Assembly (NCBI GenBank): GCA_963663405.2
Contig: CAXXSM010000053.1
Location: 64,001-128,000, forward strand
Reading direction: 5' to 3'
Origin: a bacterium
GTDB lineage: Bacteria; Hinthialibacterota; Hinthialibacteria; Hinthialibacterales; Hinthialibacteraceae
DNA: 64,000 nt
The position numbers were made by a program, and so were the translations under genes. Shown one piece after another: positions 51,240 to 60,431 of this stretch; position 1 is the stretch's first letter, and the number at the start of each line of letters is the position of its first letter. Under the pieces are notes generated by a model. It was not told where the DNA came from. It saw nothing but the letters and a program-made list of their open reading frames with translations, and did not search any database.

Positions 51240-52244
51240 ATGATACCGATGTGCCTGGTGACAGGATTTTTAGGAAGCGGGAAAACAACCCTCTTGCAAC
51301 GAATCGTCGATCGGAATAAAGACAAACGGCTGGTCTATCTTGTCAATGAATTTGCGGATGTGGATATCGATGGACAGCGTTTATCCGTTCCGGAGGATCA
51401 TCTGCTCACACTGCCGGGAGGCAGTATCTTCTGCCGCTGTCTCACCGTTCAGTTCGTCCAGACTCTGCGCGCGATCCAAGGAGTCTTTGAATCGGAACAC
51501 AAACAACCGGATGGGGTCGTGATTGAAACAAGCGGCGTCGCGGATCCGAATGTAATTCAACAAATGCTGCATGAAACCAAACTGGATACGGTTTTTTCAT
51601 TGCGCCGTGTAATCAGCGTCGCCGATCCAGGAAATTTCTTAATCCTTCTTCACACGCTGCCGAATATCGTCCGGCAGGTTGAAGCGAGCGACTTGGCGAT
51701 ACTAAACAAAACCGATCTGCGCCCGTTGGAAGAGATCGAAAACGCGGAAGAAAAAATCCGCGCCATCCAGCCGCGAATCGAGATCGTCCGGACACAATAC
51801 TGTGACACCGAACTCGATCCATTCGCGCCGGGCGTGGTCGGCGCGATGAGTGGAGAATACGCCCTCTGCGCCGATTCAAACTTCGCCAAAACAGTCGTCC
51901 GCGCGCTTGGTTGTATGGATTGGCGCCGGATTAAATCCGCGCTGAATGGCATTTTACCCGATGTGTACCGGATAAAGGGATTTATCCCAGTCACTACCGG
52001 AAAACTCTACGTTGATTATTCTTCCTCCGGCTGGCATGAAGAAACGGCGTCTCAGGACACGGATGATCCCATCATGGAACTCGTGATGATTTCGAAAGGA
52101 GAGGCGGGAGACCGCGCTCAAGCGCTCGCGGAGTCCATCAAAGCGGGGGATTTTAATTGTGATGAAGAAAATCTATGCTCTAACACCGGCGCCGTCCAGC
52201 GGAAATGCTGCTCAGGAGAATCATCTCCCACTTCCAGCGTATAA
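51240..52244 (+). CDS. CobW/COG0523-family GTPase metallochaperone
   Basis: VTGFLGSGKTT, VNEF, GSIFCRC, IETSGVADP, NKTD, RIKG. Confidence 0.9.
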   Translation: MIPMCLVTGFLGSGKTTLLQRIVDRNKDKRLVYLVNEFADVDIDGQRLSVPEDHLLTLPGGSIFCRCLTVQFVQTLRAIQGVFESEHKQPDGVVIETSGVADPNVIQQMLHETKLDTVFSLRRVISVADPGNFLILLHTLPNIVRQVEASDLAILNKTDLRPLEEIENAEEKIRAIQPRIEIVRTQYCDTELDPFAPGVVGAMSGEYALCADSNFAKTVVRALGCMDWRRIKSALNGILPDVYRIKGFIPVTTGKLYVDYSSSGWHEETASQDTDDPIMELVMISKGEAGDRAQALAESIKAGDFNCDEENLCSNTGAVQRKCCSGESSPTSSV

Positions 52245-52266
52245 TGGAGCGCGGGCGTCCCGCCCG
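52242..52266 (+). repeat. REP-like palindrome, GGAG-foot class, copy 2
   Basis: TAATGGAGCGCGGGCGTCCCGCCCG. Confidence 0.85.
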
Positions 52267-52333
52267 CAACGATAATCGAGTAGAAACATCAAGTTTATTT
52301 TTTAAAAAATAAAATTACTTGTATTTATTGTTA

Positions 52334-52380
52334 TGTCCCGTAGGGACAATAGATAATAGCCCAGTGTTTTAACTCTGGGC
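52334..52380. repeat. Double-hairpin element (REP or IS200/IS605-end-like)
   Basis: TGTCCC-GTA-GGGACA followed by GCCCAG-10 nt-CTGGGC. Confidence 0.45.
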
Positions 52381-52412
52381 GGCTAAATCGGCTTTGCTAT
52401 ATATACCCATTC

Positions 52413-53864
52413 CTATTTATACATCTCCCGCAATCCCTTCAATCCCGCCCGAACCATCTCTGGCGCCGCGTTCGGCGCGAGATAACTCGACCGGGCGCGC
52501 CAGGTTTCATACCCGCCCAATTCATGCGCCGCTTCCGTAGGAATATAGCCCCGGTAATCATTCGCCAATTCGATGCAAAACGTTACGGGAAACGGGCTTT
52601 TCTCTTTCACTTCCAAACCTAATTCAACGAACGCCTCGCCGGGCAGCGTCACAATCCCCACATCCCCAATTTGAATCGATTGCACGAGAGTTGGCGCTGT
52701 GTCTTCCCATCGATCGATCAAAACCGTTTCCCGCGCGTAGATTTGCTGTAGAGTTTTCAATTCCCCCTCCGTTTGTTCAAGAATCTCTTTGGCTTCCTGC
52801 ACTTCCTGAGCGGAGGGTTTCCGCACACCGAATTCCAACGGCGCCACCCGCATGGCGAGTGGAACCCATTTGTGATACTCGATATCCTGCAGCGCCAGCA
52901 GAGCTTCATTCGCCGCGATACGGGCGACTTTGTACATTTGATGATATGGATAGGGTTGTTTGAGACGATGATTCGGATCGATATTGTTTATGTCGCCGGA
53001 ACAACCATTCGTCAGCATCGCCACACACGGTGGTTTCGTCATAGGTGTGGAACTACCCCATTCCCGTTCGATAATATCCGTCCATACGCCGAAATAATCC
53101 GCGCTGACCTCGTTATTGTTACCGCCGCCAACGTAATGTAGCGTGTAGTTTCCAATCACCGCGATGGGATCGCCATCAAGATCTTTAACCGCTAGAAGCG
53201 GCAGATCGGGATCGATCGGCCCGGCGGGTTTGACGATGTTTGGATTTTCCGAGCCGGGATTCATCTTCACCTTGTCGTCTGTTCTCCCCCAAGGATTTTT
53301 CGGCATGGTTCCCGGTTTCAAAAAGGAGCGCCGGTTAAAAACAAGACGGTCCTCGCAACCTATCCCCCAACCGATTTGAGCGGGTTGAAGATTATTCACC
53401 GCGCGTTGCGCGCTGTCCGCGATCCGGACTATCATCCATTCGATATATTCCTGTTCCGGTTCGCTTTGAAAGACGTGGACCGTAGTGGGAGCCGTATGCG
53501 AATGTGTGGCGGCGATCAAGATGTTTTCAGGAGGAATGCCAGTGCGCTCTTGGATCAATTCTTTGGCTTTTACCACTGCGTCTCCGCCAATCGCCATTAG
53601 ATCACAGATGATAATGACGATTCGCGTTTTTCCATTATCTAACACTAAACTCCGCGCAAACAACTCATCATGAATATGTGACGCCTTTCGATCGCGCATA
53701 TGACCGGCCAACGAAACGCCTAACGGCGGCGTAATGTTCGACTTAGCCGCGCCCGCGCGCAGAACCGCGCCGCTTTCCTCTCCCGCGTCCGAATAAGGTA
53801 TCATTATTGTTCCCATAAGGCAAAAGCTAGTTAGAAAAAAGAAATGTCGAAAGGTGAGACTCAT
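52413..53864 (-). CDS. Exported neutral/alkaline ceramidase N-terminal-like hydrolase
   Basis: AGAA..NITPP, HD.L.AR.LVL, AATHSHTAP, GNYTLH, GCSGDIN, LPGE.F, ELANDY.GYIPT, GGYE. Confidence 0.8.
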   Translation of the reverse strand: MSLTFRHFFFLTSFCLMGTIMIPYSDAGEESGAVLRAGAAKSNITPPLGVSLAGHMRDRKASHIHDELFARSLVLDNGKTRIVIIICDLMAIGGDAVVKAKELIQERTGIPPENILIAATHSHTAPTTVHVFQSEPEQEYIEWMIVRIADSAQRAVNNLQPAQIGWGIGCEDRLVFNRRSFLKPGTMPKNPWGRTDDKVKMNPGSENPNIVKPAGPIDPDLPLLAVKDLDGDPIAVIGNYTLHYVGGGNNNEVSADYFGVWTDIIEREWGSSTPMTKPPCVAMLTNGCSGDINNIDPNHRLKQPYPYHQMYKVARIAANEALLALQDIEYHKWVPLAMRVAPLEFGVRKPSAQEVQEAKEILEQTEGELKTLQQIYARETVLIDRWEDTAPTLVQSIQIGDVGIVTLPGEAFVELGLEVKEKSPFPVTFCIELANDYRGYIPTEAAHELGGYETWRARSSYLAPNAAPEMVRAGLKGLREMYK

Positions 53865-53951
53865 TCTGAATACTCCTTGTTAATTGAGTTTATGGATCAT
53901 CGTTTTTTAGGTGCCTTAAAGAGGAGCCCCCACTGTTTTGTACTAACATTA

Positions 53952-55637
53952 TTACGCCTGAAAAACTGCCTTTCCTGCTACATATGTCGCATCAGGTTTA
54001 AGAGAACTAAGTTCCGTTCCTCTTTTTATGCCGGATAAATCTTGATTCCAAATGACGAAATCCGCCTGTTTCCCCGGTTCGAGCGAGCCGAGTTCCCCTT
54101 CATCAAAGGACGCGTACGCGCCCCCCATAGTATGATGCCACAGAGCTTCGATTAGCGAAATCCCTTCAGAACGATCGAGAAGCCTTCCGCTGGATGTGAT
54201 ACGATCTATAGCAGGGCGGAGAGAATCGATAGGTGAATGGGAAGGAAACGCGGGCACATCCGCTCCGTAGGCTAAAGTTACACCTTCCTTCATGAATGTG
54301 CGGTTCGGGATCAAGGAGCCCATCAATTGTTGATTTTCGCTGCCAAGTTTTTGTTGAAAATCATCCGCTTTGATCTCGATGAAATTTGGCTGCAAGCAGA
54401 CAGGCGCGCCCAGTTCCGCCGCTTCCTGGATGGTGTCTTTCTTAAGAAACGGGAAATGCTCAATGCGGTGACGGCGGCGGCGGCATTCTGCCGCGGAACC
54501 AGCGGCTTTACGGAACGCGGCGAGGGTCCAATCCACCCCTTTGTCACCGACGGCGTGCACGTCGGCTTGAAATTCGTTCTCGTGAATCGTCTCGATGATC
54601 TTCTCAAAAAGCGGTTGTGGGTGCATGGGGATCGCCAAGTTCTGGTGTTGCGCTGGAATCTTGTACATCAACGCGTATCCATCCACGGCAAGTTTTATCC
54701 CCTGCATGCGAACCAGCCGTCCTTCATATCGCCGGATTCTTGAAACCAAGAGTTGACACATTTCCAAATTTTTTACATAGGGATAAACCCGCACACGGCA
54801 TGGCAGTCTTCCCATGCGTTCCAGCCTGACGTACGTTCGCGCGTAGGCTGGATGACAGAAGTTGTCATGGATACAAGTGACACCTTGTTCCGCAAATTGT
54901 TTCATTCCCCAAACGGCGCATTCAAACTGTTCTCTATCGTCCAAAGTAGGTTGATAGACCGAATAGATCGCGGGATAGTGAAGCAGCACACCATCAGGAA
55001 TTCCCGTGCGTCTATCCCTCAAGTATTTTCCCCCATACGGATCTTTCACATTCGCATTCAGCAGATTTGCTTTTTTGAGCGCAAGTGTGTTGGCCGCGCC
55101 AAACTGTCCGCTCCAATTGATAATCAGCACAGGATGGTTGGGAACCGCTTTATCCAAGTCCTGACGCCGGGGATAGCGGCCCTCATCGAAGAGATTAAAA
55201 CCCCGGCCCACAATCCATTCCCCCGGCGCTTTTTTCGCGGCGGCTTTCGCCAGTTCGCAGTTAAGCGTATCGAACGAATGCACTTTTGGAGGACGCAGCA
55301 GAACGTATTTCAACTGCATTTGGCCGAATCCAATCACATGGCTGTGCGCGTCAATGAGCCCTGGCGTGACAGCCCGGCCCGCCAGATCGATGGTTTGGGA
55401 ATTCGAATGGATGTACGGCTCTATCTCCTCATTCGATCCCACCGCCAGAATCCGGTCTCCCCGCACAGCCATCGCTTGCGCGGAATCGTTCAAACGTCTC
55501 ATAGGAATCACAACACCATTTTTTACAACCAAATCAGCGGACGGGGCGGCGAATGAAACGGATGGTTTCCGCTGACTCAGCGCAGTAACAGCGGCCGCCC
55601 CGCTTGTTTTTAGAAACATCCTGCGGTTGGTCTTCAT
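53952..55637 (-). CDS. Tat-exported amidohydrolase 3 (YtcJ-like)
   Basis: NRRMFLK Tat motif, PGLIDAHSH, KLAVDG, HAVGD, RHRIEH, GADVP, GSLEPGKQADF. Confidence 0.9.
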   Translation of the reverse strand: MKTNRRMFLKTSGAAAVTALSQRKPSVSFAAPSADLVVKNGVVIPMRRLNDSAQAMAVRGDRILAVGSNEEIEPYIHSNSQTIDLAGRAVTPGLIDAHSHVIGFGQMQLKYVLLRPPKVHSFDTLNCELAKAAAKKAPGEWIVGRGFNLFDEGRYPRRQDLDKAVPNHPVLIINWSGQFGAANTLALKKANLLNANVKDPYGGKYLRDRRTGIPDGVLLHYPAIYSVYQPTLDDREQFECAVWGMKQFAEQGVTCIHDNFCHPAYARTYVRLERMGRLPCRVRVYPYVKNLEMCQLLVSRIRRYEGRLVRMQGIKLAVDGYALMYKIPAQHQNLAIPMHPQPLFEKIIETIHENEFQADVHAVGDKGVDWTLAAFRKAAGSAAECRRRRHRIEHFPFLKKDTIQEAAELGAPVCLQPNFIEIKADDFQQKLGSENQQLMGSLIPNRTFMKEGVTLAYGADVPAFPSHSPIDSLRPAIDRITSSGRLLDRSEGISLIEALWHHTMGGAYASFDEGELGSLEPGKQADFVIWNQDLSGIKRGTELSSLKPDATYVAGKAVFQA

Positions 55638-55843
55638 GGTCTTTTCCTTTCTTCAGGCAATCAGTTGAAGAATCGGAAATAAATGCAATCGATGATAAAA
55701 CTAGCCAAATATATTTGAAATTGAGTTTTTGCAATTTCTTTCAAGGCATGGAGGAAGTCTGAGAGATAAATTTGCAGATTGGCCTTGAAAGAATCTAGTA
55801 AATGAAAACCAAATCAATCGTTATACATTGAGAAAATTTTATT

Positions 55844-55879
55844 GATAAATAAATACGTTTAGATAAATAAATACGTTTA
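55844..55879 (+). repeat. Perfect 18-bp intergenic tandem duplication
   Basis: GATAAATAAATACGTTTA twice. Confidence 0.85.
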
Positions 55880-55894
55880 TTAGAGACACTAATC

Positions 55895-56632
55895 TCATTT
55901 CATATCCCGGATTCGGACTTCAACGCCTTCCACTCCCTCCATCAATTTCAATAAATCATCGGTCATCGTATTGCCGAAGTGATAGGGATAGAGTATTTTC
56001 GGCTTGAACGCTTTTGCCGCGTCCGTCACCATTTCCGGCGTCATGGTATATGGTACATTCATGGGAAGGAAAGCGATGTCGATTTTCTTCAGCGCTTTCA
56101 TTTCCGGCGTGTTCTCCGTATCCCCCGCTACATAAACTATCTTGCCGCCGAATGTGATGATGTACCCATTCCCCACGCCCTTTGGGTGATAAGGATGGCC
56201 GGCGCTTCGCATATGGACGATGTTATACGCGGGAACCGCTTGTATATTCAATCCACAGACGGTTTTCTGGTCGCCGTTCTTCATCATGATCCCTCCCTGA
56301 ATTTTTTCCGCGCAGGCTTTGGTTAAAACGATCTTCGTTTCGTCTGTGCGGATCTTCTCAATCGCCCGTGGGTCCAAGTGATCGCCATGTTCGTGGGTGA
56401 TTAAAATCAGGTCCGCTTTCGGCATTTTGGAATAATCCGCTTCACGGCTCACAGGATCAACATGAATGATTTTCCCATCAAATGCGAACATCAGAGTCCC
56501 ATGACCGATGAACGTAATCTCCAAATCCCCGCCCTCAGTCTTAATAATGTCCTTCTCATACGTTTCCTTCGCCGATCCCACTAGGGGGAATAACAGAATA
56601 AAAAGTCCGATCCAAATGACGATTTTTTTCAT
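55895..56632 (-). CDS. Exported MBL-fold metallo-hydrolase
   Basis: Signal peptide, GHGT, VDP, ITHEHGDHLD, AGDT, PYH. Confidence 0.9.
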   Translation of the reverse strand: MKKIVIWIGLFILLFPLVGSAKETYEKDIIKTEGGDLEITFIGHGTLMFAFDGKIIHVDPVSREADYSKMPKADLILITHEHGDHLDPRAIEKIRTDETKIVLTKACAEKIQGGIMMKNGDQKTVCGLNIQAVPAYNIVHMRSAGHPYHPKGVGNGYIITFGGKIVYVAGDTENTPEMKALKKIDIAFLPMNVPYTMTPEMVTDAAKAFKPKILYPYHFGNTMTDDLLKLMEGVEGVEVRIRDMK

Positions 56633-56954
56633 TTTTTTTCTCCTCTTCCATTAAGTGATTTGTATGGTAAGCGTATTCTTACTGCTGGATAATCAATATT
56701 TTACTGTAAAACAGTTGTATCGTGATTATATTATTTCACCCGATTATATCGAAGTTTTTTTCGAAATTCAACGATGCGCCAATTCAGAATCGCGGTCATC
56801 TTTGCCGGAATTTTATTAAACTGGGATAGATTCTAAATTCTCCTTCTTTCAAGAATTAATTGATAAAAAATTGGAACTTCTCATTCAGTCATATGGACAA
56901 ATAATTTGGGGATATGTCATAGTTTTTTTATTTTATCACAAAGGAGAGTGGGCA

Positions 56955-57629
56955 ATGAAAAAGTACATCTTCATCGCAGCGATCGTGTTGGTCTTCGTAG
57001 GGCTTTTAGCTGACTTTAATCCAGCGCTAGCCCAGCAAGGCCGGAGAGGCTTCCGTGGACAGTCGGCGGATATTTTATGTGACGCGTTAGTGCTGAATGC
57101 GGCCAAAGCGGAAAAAGTGACCGCCGCCTACCAAGAAGTGAGTACGAAAGTCTTTGAAAACATGCGGAATGAGAACGTCGATTGGCAGAACATGAGTCAA
57201 GAAGAACGGCAGGAACGGTTCGAGAAAATTCAAAAAGATACTGCTGCCGGCCTGCAAAAAGAGTTAAAGGATATCTTATCTGAAAAAGAACTCAAAGCCA
57301 TCGAGTTGGTCCTAGCCCGCCGGGTTCGGACGCCTGTCGCTGAATTGCGCGGTTTACGTATGATTGAACTGAAAGACGAACAATGCGCTAAACTGCAACC
57401 CCTCGCGGTTCAATTAACCCAGGCGATCGTCACTCTGTCTCCCCGCAATGCGGAAGCGGATGAGATTGAAAAAGCGAATAAGAAATTTGCCGAAGAAAAA
57501 GCGCTGTTCATGAAAAAAGCCGCTGAGTTACTCAACGTCAAACAGAACGAGGCCTGGAAATCCGAAACGGAAAAAGCGCAGAAAGAGATTGATGAAATGC
57601 TTGCGCAGAGAAGAAATCGGCAGCGGTAA
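56955..57629 (+). CDS. Secreted helical hypothetical protein
   Basis: ATG at 56955 after AAGGAG, signal peptide ending ALA. Spy/CpxP-like charged helices (MSQEER, ILSEKE, LKDEQ). Confidence 0.7.
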   Translation: MKKYIFIAAIVLVFVGLLADFNPALAQQGRRGFRGQSADILCDALVLNAAKAEKVTAAYQEVSTKVFENMRNENVDWQNMSQEERQERFEKIQKDTAAGLQKELKDILSEKELKAIELVLARRVRTPVAELRGLRMIELKDEQCAKLQPLAVQLTQAIVTLSPRNAEADEIEKANKKFAEEKALFMKKAAELLNVKQNEAWKSETEKAQKEIDEMLAQRRNRQR

Positions 57630-57637
57630 AACTAAAA

Positions 57638-58776
57638 TCACTTCACTTCCACAACAACAAAAGTGAGATCGTCTTCCGGTTCGTTGGCGTGATATTGATT
57701 CAGCTCATCAAACATCCGGTCCAGAAACTCCACTGGATGGAGAGACGCATGGCGCGATATCATCTTCATTAATCCCTCCATACCCAACATTTGACTCTCC
57801 CGATCACGCGCCTCGACAAAGCCATCGGTATAAAGCAGCACTCGATCACCCGTACTGACGTCTAATACGGTCTCATTGCTCTCACCAAGGATTTTTGGTG
57901 TCATTCCGACAGGAGTCGTATGAGAGGGGATGCGCTCCAATGTTTGCGATTCTGCGCGCCAAATCAAGATATCCGGATGGCCCGCGTTGGACGCGGTAAT
58001 CGCGCCGGAGACGAGATCGATCTCGACCACGACCAGGGTCAAAAACATATACGTTTTTTCTATATTCGAAAAGATGAATTGATTGAGCCGGTCGAGCACA
58101 TTCGCCGGTGAACTGCGATCCGCGAGAATCTGCTGTAACTGAGTATATACCAGGTTTGAAGTCAACGCCGCCGATACGCCATGCCCGCTGACATCGTATA
58201 ACACGGCGGTGATTTTTTCCGGGCTATGCTGGTGAATCATCAGATAATCGCCCCGATCGCGATGAGGGGTTGGTAACGGTAATGGAAAGAGAAACGCTCG
58301 TTATTGATGGGAACTGGCAGAAGACACCGTTGAATCATGGACGCGTGCTGAAGGTCCGTCTCCAATTGGAGTTGTTGTTCCTTCACCTTTTTCCGCATCG
58401 CGCTGCGGTCCAGAACCCGGTTGACGACCTGCATCATATAAGAAAGGTCGATCGGTTTGCTGAGAAAATCCTCCGCCCCGTTTTTCATCGCGTCGATCGC
58501 GTATTCCATCGTCCCGAACGCGGTCATCATAACCGTTGGTGTGTCAATGTCCCGCTTGGCGATCTCTTGAAGGAGTTCCAATCCCCCCATTTTCGGCATC
58601 ATCATATCACTAATAATCAAATCCGGAGATTCATCCTCTAATATCTCCAGCGCTTCCAGTCCATTCTCCGCTTCAAGCACGTTGAATCCCTTAAATTCCG
58701 CGTAGTCACAGAGATTCTCACGGATTTCTTCTTCATCATCCACGATTAATAGAGTCGGTTCAGTCTTTTTCTTCAT
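57638..58776 (-). CDS. Response regulator fused to a SpoIIE/PP2C phosphatase, split by a -1 frameshift near 58251
   Basis: REC domain (IVDDE, SDMMMP, MTAFG, AEDFLSKP) and SpoIIE motifs (DVSGHG, NAGH, YTDG, EDD). One extra G in GGGG restores IGGDY. Confidence 0.85.
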
Positions 58777-59150
58777 TCTTTGCTCCGGGCGCCGGTCAAC
58801 TCTTCAACAATTTGCAGCATCTCTTGCTGTGAATAAGGTTTGAGAATAATCCGGTCGGCGCCGTATTCTTCCGCCTGGTCAAGAATCCCACGCACGGAGG
58901 AGGCGCTGACAATCACGGTTGGCAGCGTGGGACGAATCTGCTTGATCCGCTGAAGAGCTTCGATTCCATCCATACCCGGCAACTGAATGTCCAGCAGGCA
59001 AAGATCAATGTTGATGGATTCGATCTGGCTCAACGCGTCTTCGGCGGTGGCGAACATGACCACATCGTAACCTTTGAATTCAAGCAGATCACGCAGGTTT
59101 TCACGCAATTCTTCTTCATCGTCGATAATCATGATTGTAGCTAAAGCCAT
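58773..59150 (-). CDS. Single-domain response regulator
   Basis: Start MALATIMIIDDE at 59150 after GGAGG. LDIQLPGMDG, KP. Confidence 0.9.
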   Translation of the reverse strand: MALATIMIIDDEEELRENLRDLLEFKGYDVVMFATAEDALSQIESINIDLCLLDIQLPGMDGIEALQRIKQIRPTLPTVIVSASSVRGILDQAEEYGADRIILKPYSQQEMLQIVEELTGARSKE

Positions 59151-59163
59151 GATTTCCTCCAGC

Positions 59164-60306
59164 TTAGGGCGAAGTTGGCAGTGTGATCGTAAACAACGAT
59201 CCCTGACCAGGTTGGCTTTCCACGGTGATTTTTCCCCCATGCATTTCAATCAATTCCTTGGCGATCGACAGGCCCAATCCCGATCCTTTCGCTGCGTTTT
59301 GGGAAGCGGGCGTCCGGTAAAAACGGTCCCAGATTTTAGCGCATTCCTCTGAACTCATACCGATCCCGGAATCTTTCACGGATAGATAAATCATCCCTTG
59401 TTTCCGTCCTGTATAGACCTCGATCCGGCCTCCCTCCAGCGTATACTTGATGGCGTTATTGAGTAATTCACTCACGACCCGTTCGATCTTCCCTGGATCC
59501 GCGGTGACGGTCAGGGCGTTCGTCGTTCCGCTTGCGGTAAGAGTGATGCGCTTTAAATCCGCCGCCGGTTTAACTTCGTGTATCACATGTTCGATCGACT
59601 GCCGAAGAGACAACTCTTTCTTCTCCAACACCATCCGTCCCGATTCGATGCGGGAGAGATCCAAGATATCGTTCACGAGATTAGTCAAGCGGTCGACCGA
59701 ATTCGTCGCGCGCCGCATGATCCGCAACTGCTTTTCATTCAATTCCCCGGCGACGCCAAGAATGAGATTGTCCAGACTCCCTTTGATCGCCGTCAATGGC
59801 GTGCGTAAATCGTGAGACGCTTGGGAGACAAAGGCGGATTTCATTTTATCGAGTTCCCGCAGTTCTTCGTTGGCGACATGTAATTTTGTATTAGTTTCAT
59901 TCAATTCCGCCGTGCGGCTCTCAACCTTTTTTTCCAATCGCTCCGTCAATGATTCCAGTTGTTTTATGGTTTTGGGATAATTTAATACGGCCATCAAAAT
60001 AACCCGGACGCATTCGAGCACGGTGAGCGCGCAGAACAAGCGAACAAGCGGCAGACAGGAAACATAAAAATTAAGAAATCCAAGACCGACGCCAATGACT
60101 AGAATAAACCGGAATCGAGTGGGCTGTTTCGTATAAAACAGTGAGTAAAAAACACGAAGAACGAGAATGCTGAATAAAATCAGCAAAGAAGGCCCCAAAG
60201 CGGTATGCGAAATCTCAATCGTTGAGAAAAGAATAAGCCCCACCGCTAAAATGAGAAGGAAATAGACCTTTTTTTTAACGTTCTTCCCATCTTCGTGTTC
60301 AACCAT
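59164..60306 (-). CDS. Membrane sensor histidine kinase (short, about 4 TM segments)
   Basis: SHDLRTPL H-box, LNNAIKY, DSGIG, GSGLGL. Confidence 0.92.
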   Translation of the reverse strand: MVEHEDGKNVKKKVYFLLILAVGLILFSTIEISHTALGPSLLILFSILVLRVFYSLFYTKQPTRFRFILVIGVGLGFLNFYVSCLPLVRLFCALTVLECVRVILMAVLNYPKTIKQLESLTERLEKKVESRTAELNETNTKLHVANEELRELDKMKSAFVSQASHDLRTPLTAIKGSLDNLILGVAGELNEKQLRIMRRATNSVDRLTNLVNDILDLSRIESGRMVLEKKELSLRQSIEHVIHEVKPAADLKRITLTASGTTNALTVTADPGKIERVVSELLNNAIKYTLEGGRIEVYTGRKQGMIYLSVKDSGIGMSSEECAKIWDRFYRTPASQNAAKGSGLGLSIAKELIEMHGGKITVESQPGQGSLFTITLPTSP

Positions 60307-60431
60307 AATTAACCATTCTCACTCCCACATACAATTCCATCACCACGCGCCAAAAATCCACTCCCTAATATTATACGAAAGAAAGCGATTTTTCATTGGG
60401 AGGTCCATAGAATGATCTAACGGTTCCTGCG

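Noticed and set aside
40668-52244. Selenocysteine readthrough in the CxxC redox proteins
   Set aside because: All redox motifs are encoded as Cys in open frames, with no in-frame TGA at catalytic positions.
45646-55556. Long antisense ORFs such as 45646..46503 and 54753..55556
   Set aside because: They lie fully opposite well-supported genes and show no motifs of their own.
55844-55879. 18-bp tandem repeat as a regulator binding site or iteron
   Set aside because: Only two copies in AT-rich DNA, so slippage duplication is the simpler explanation.
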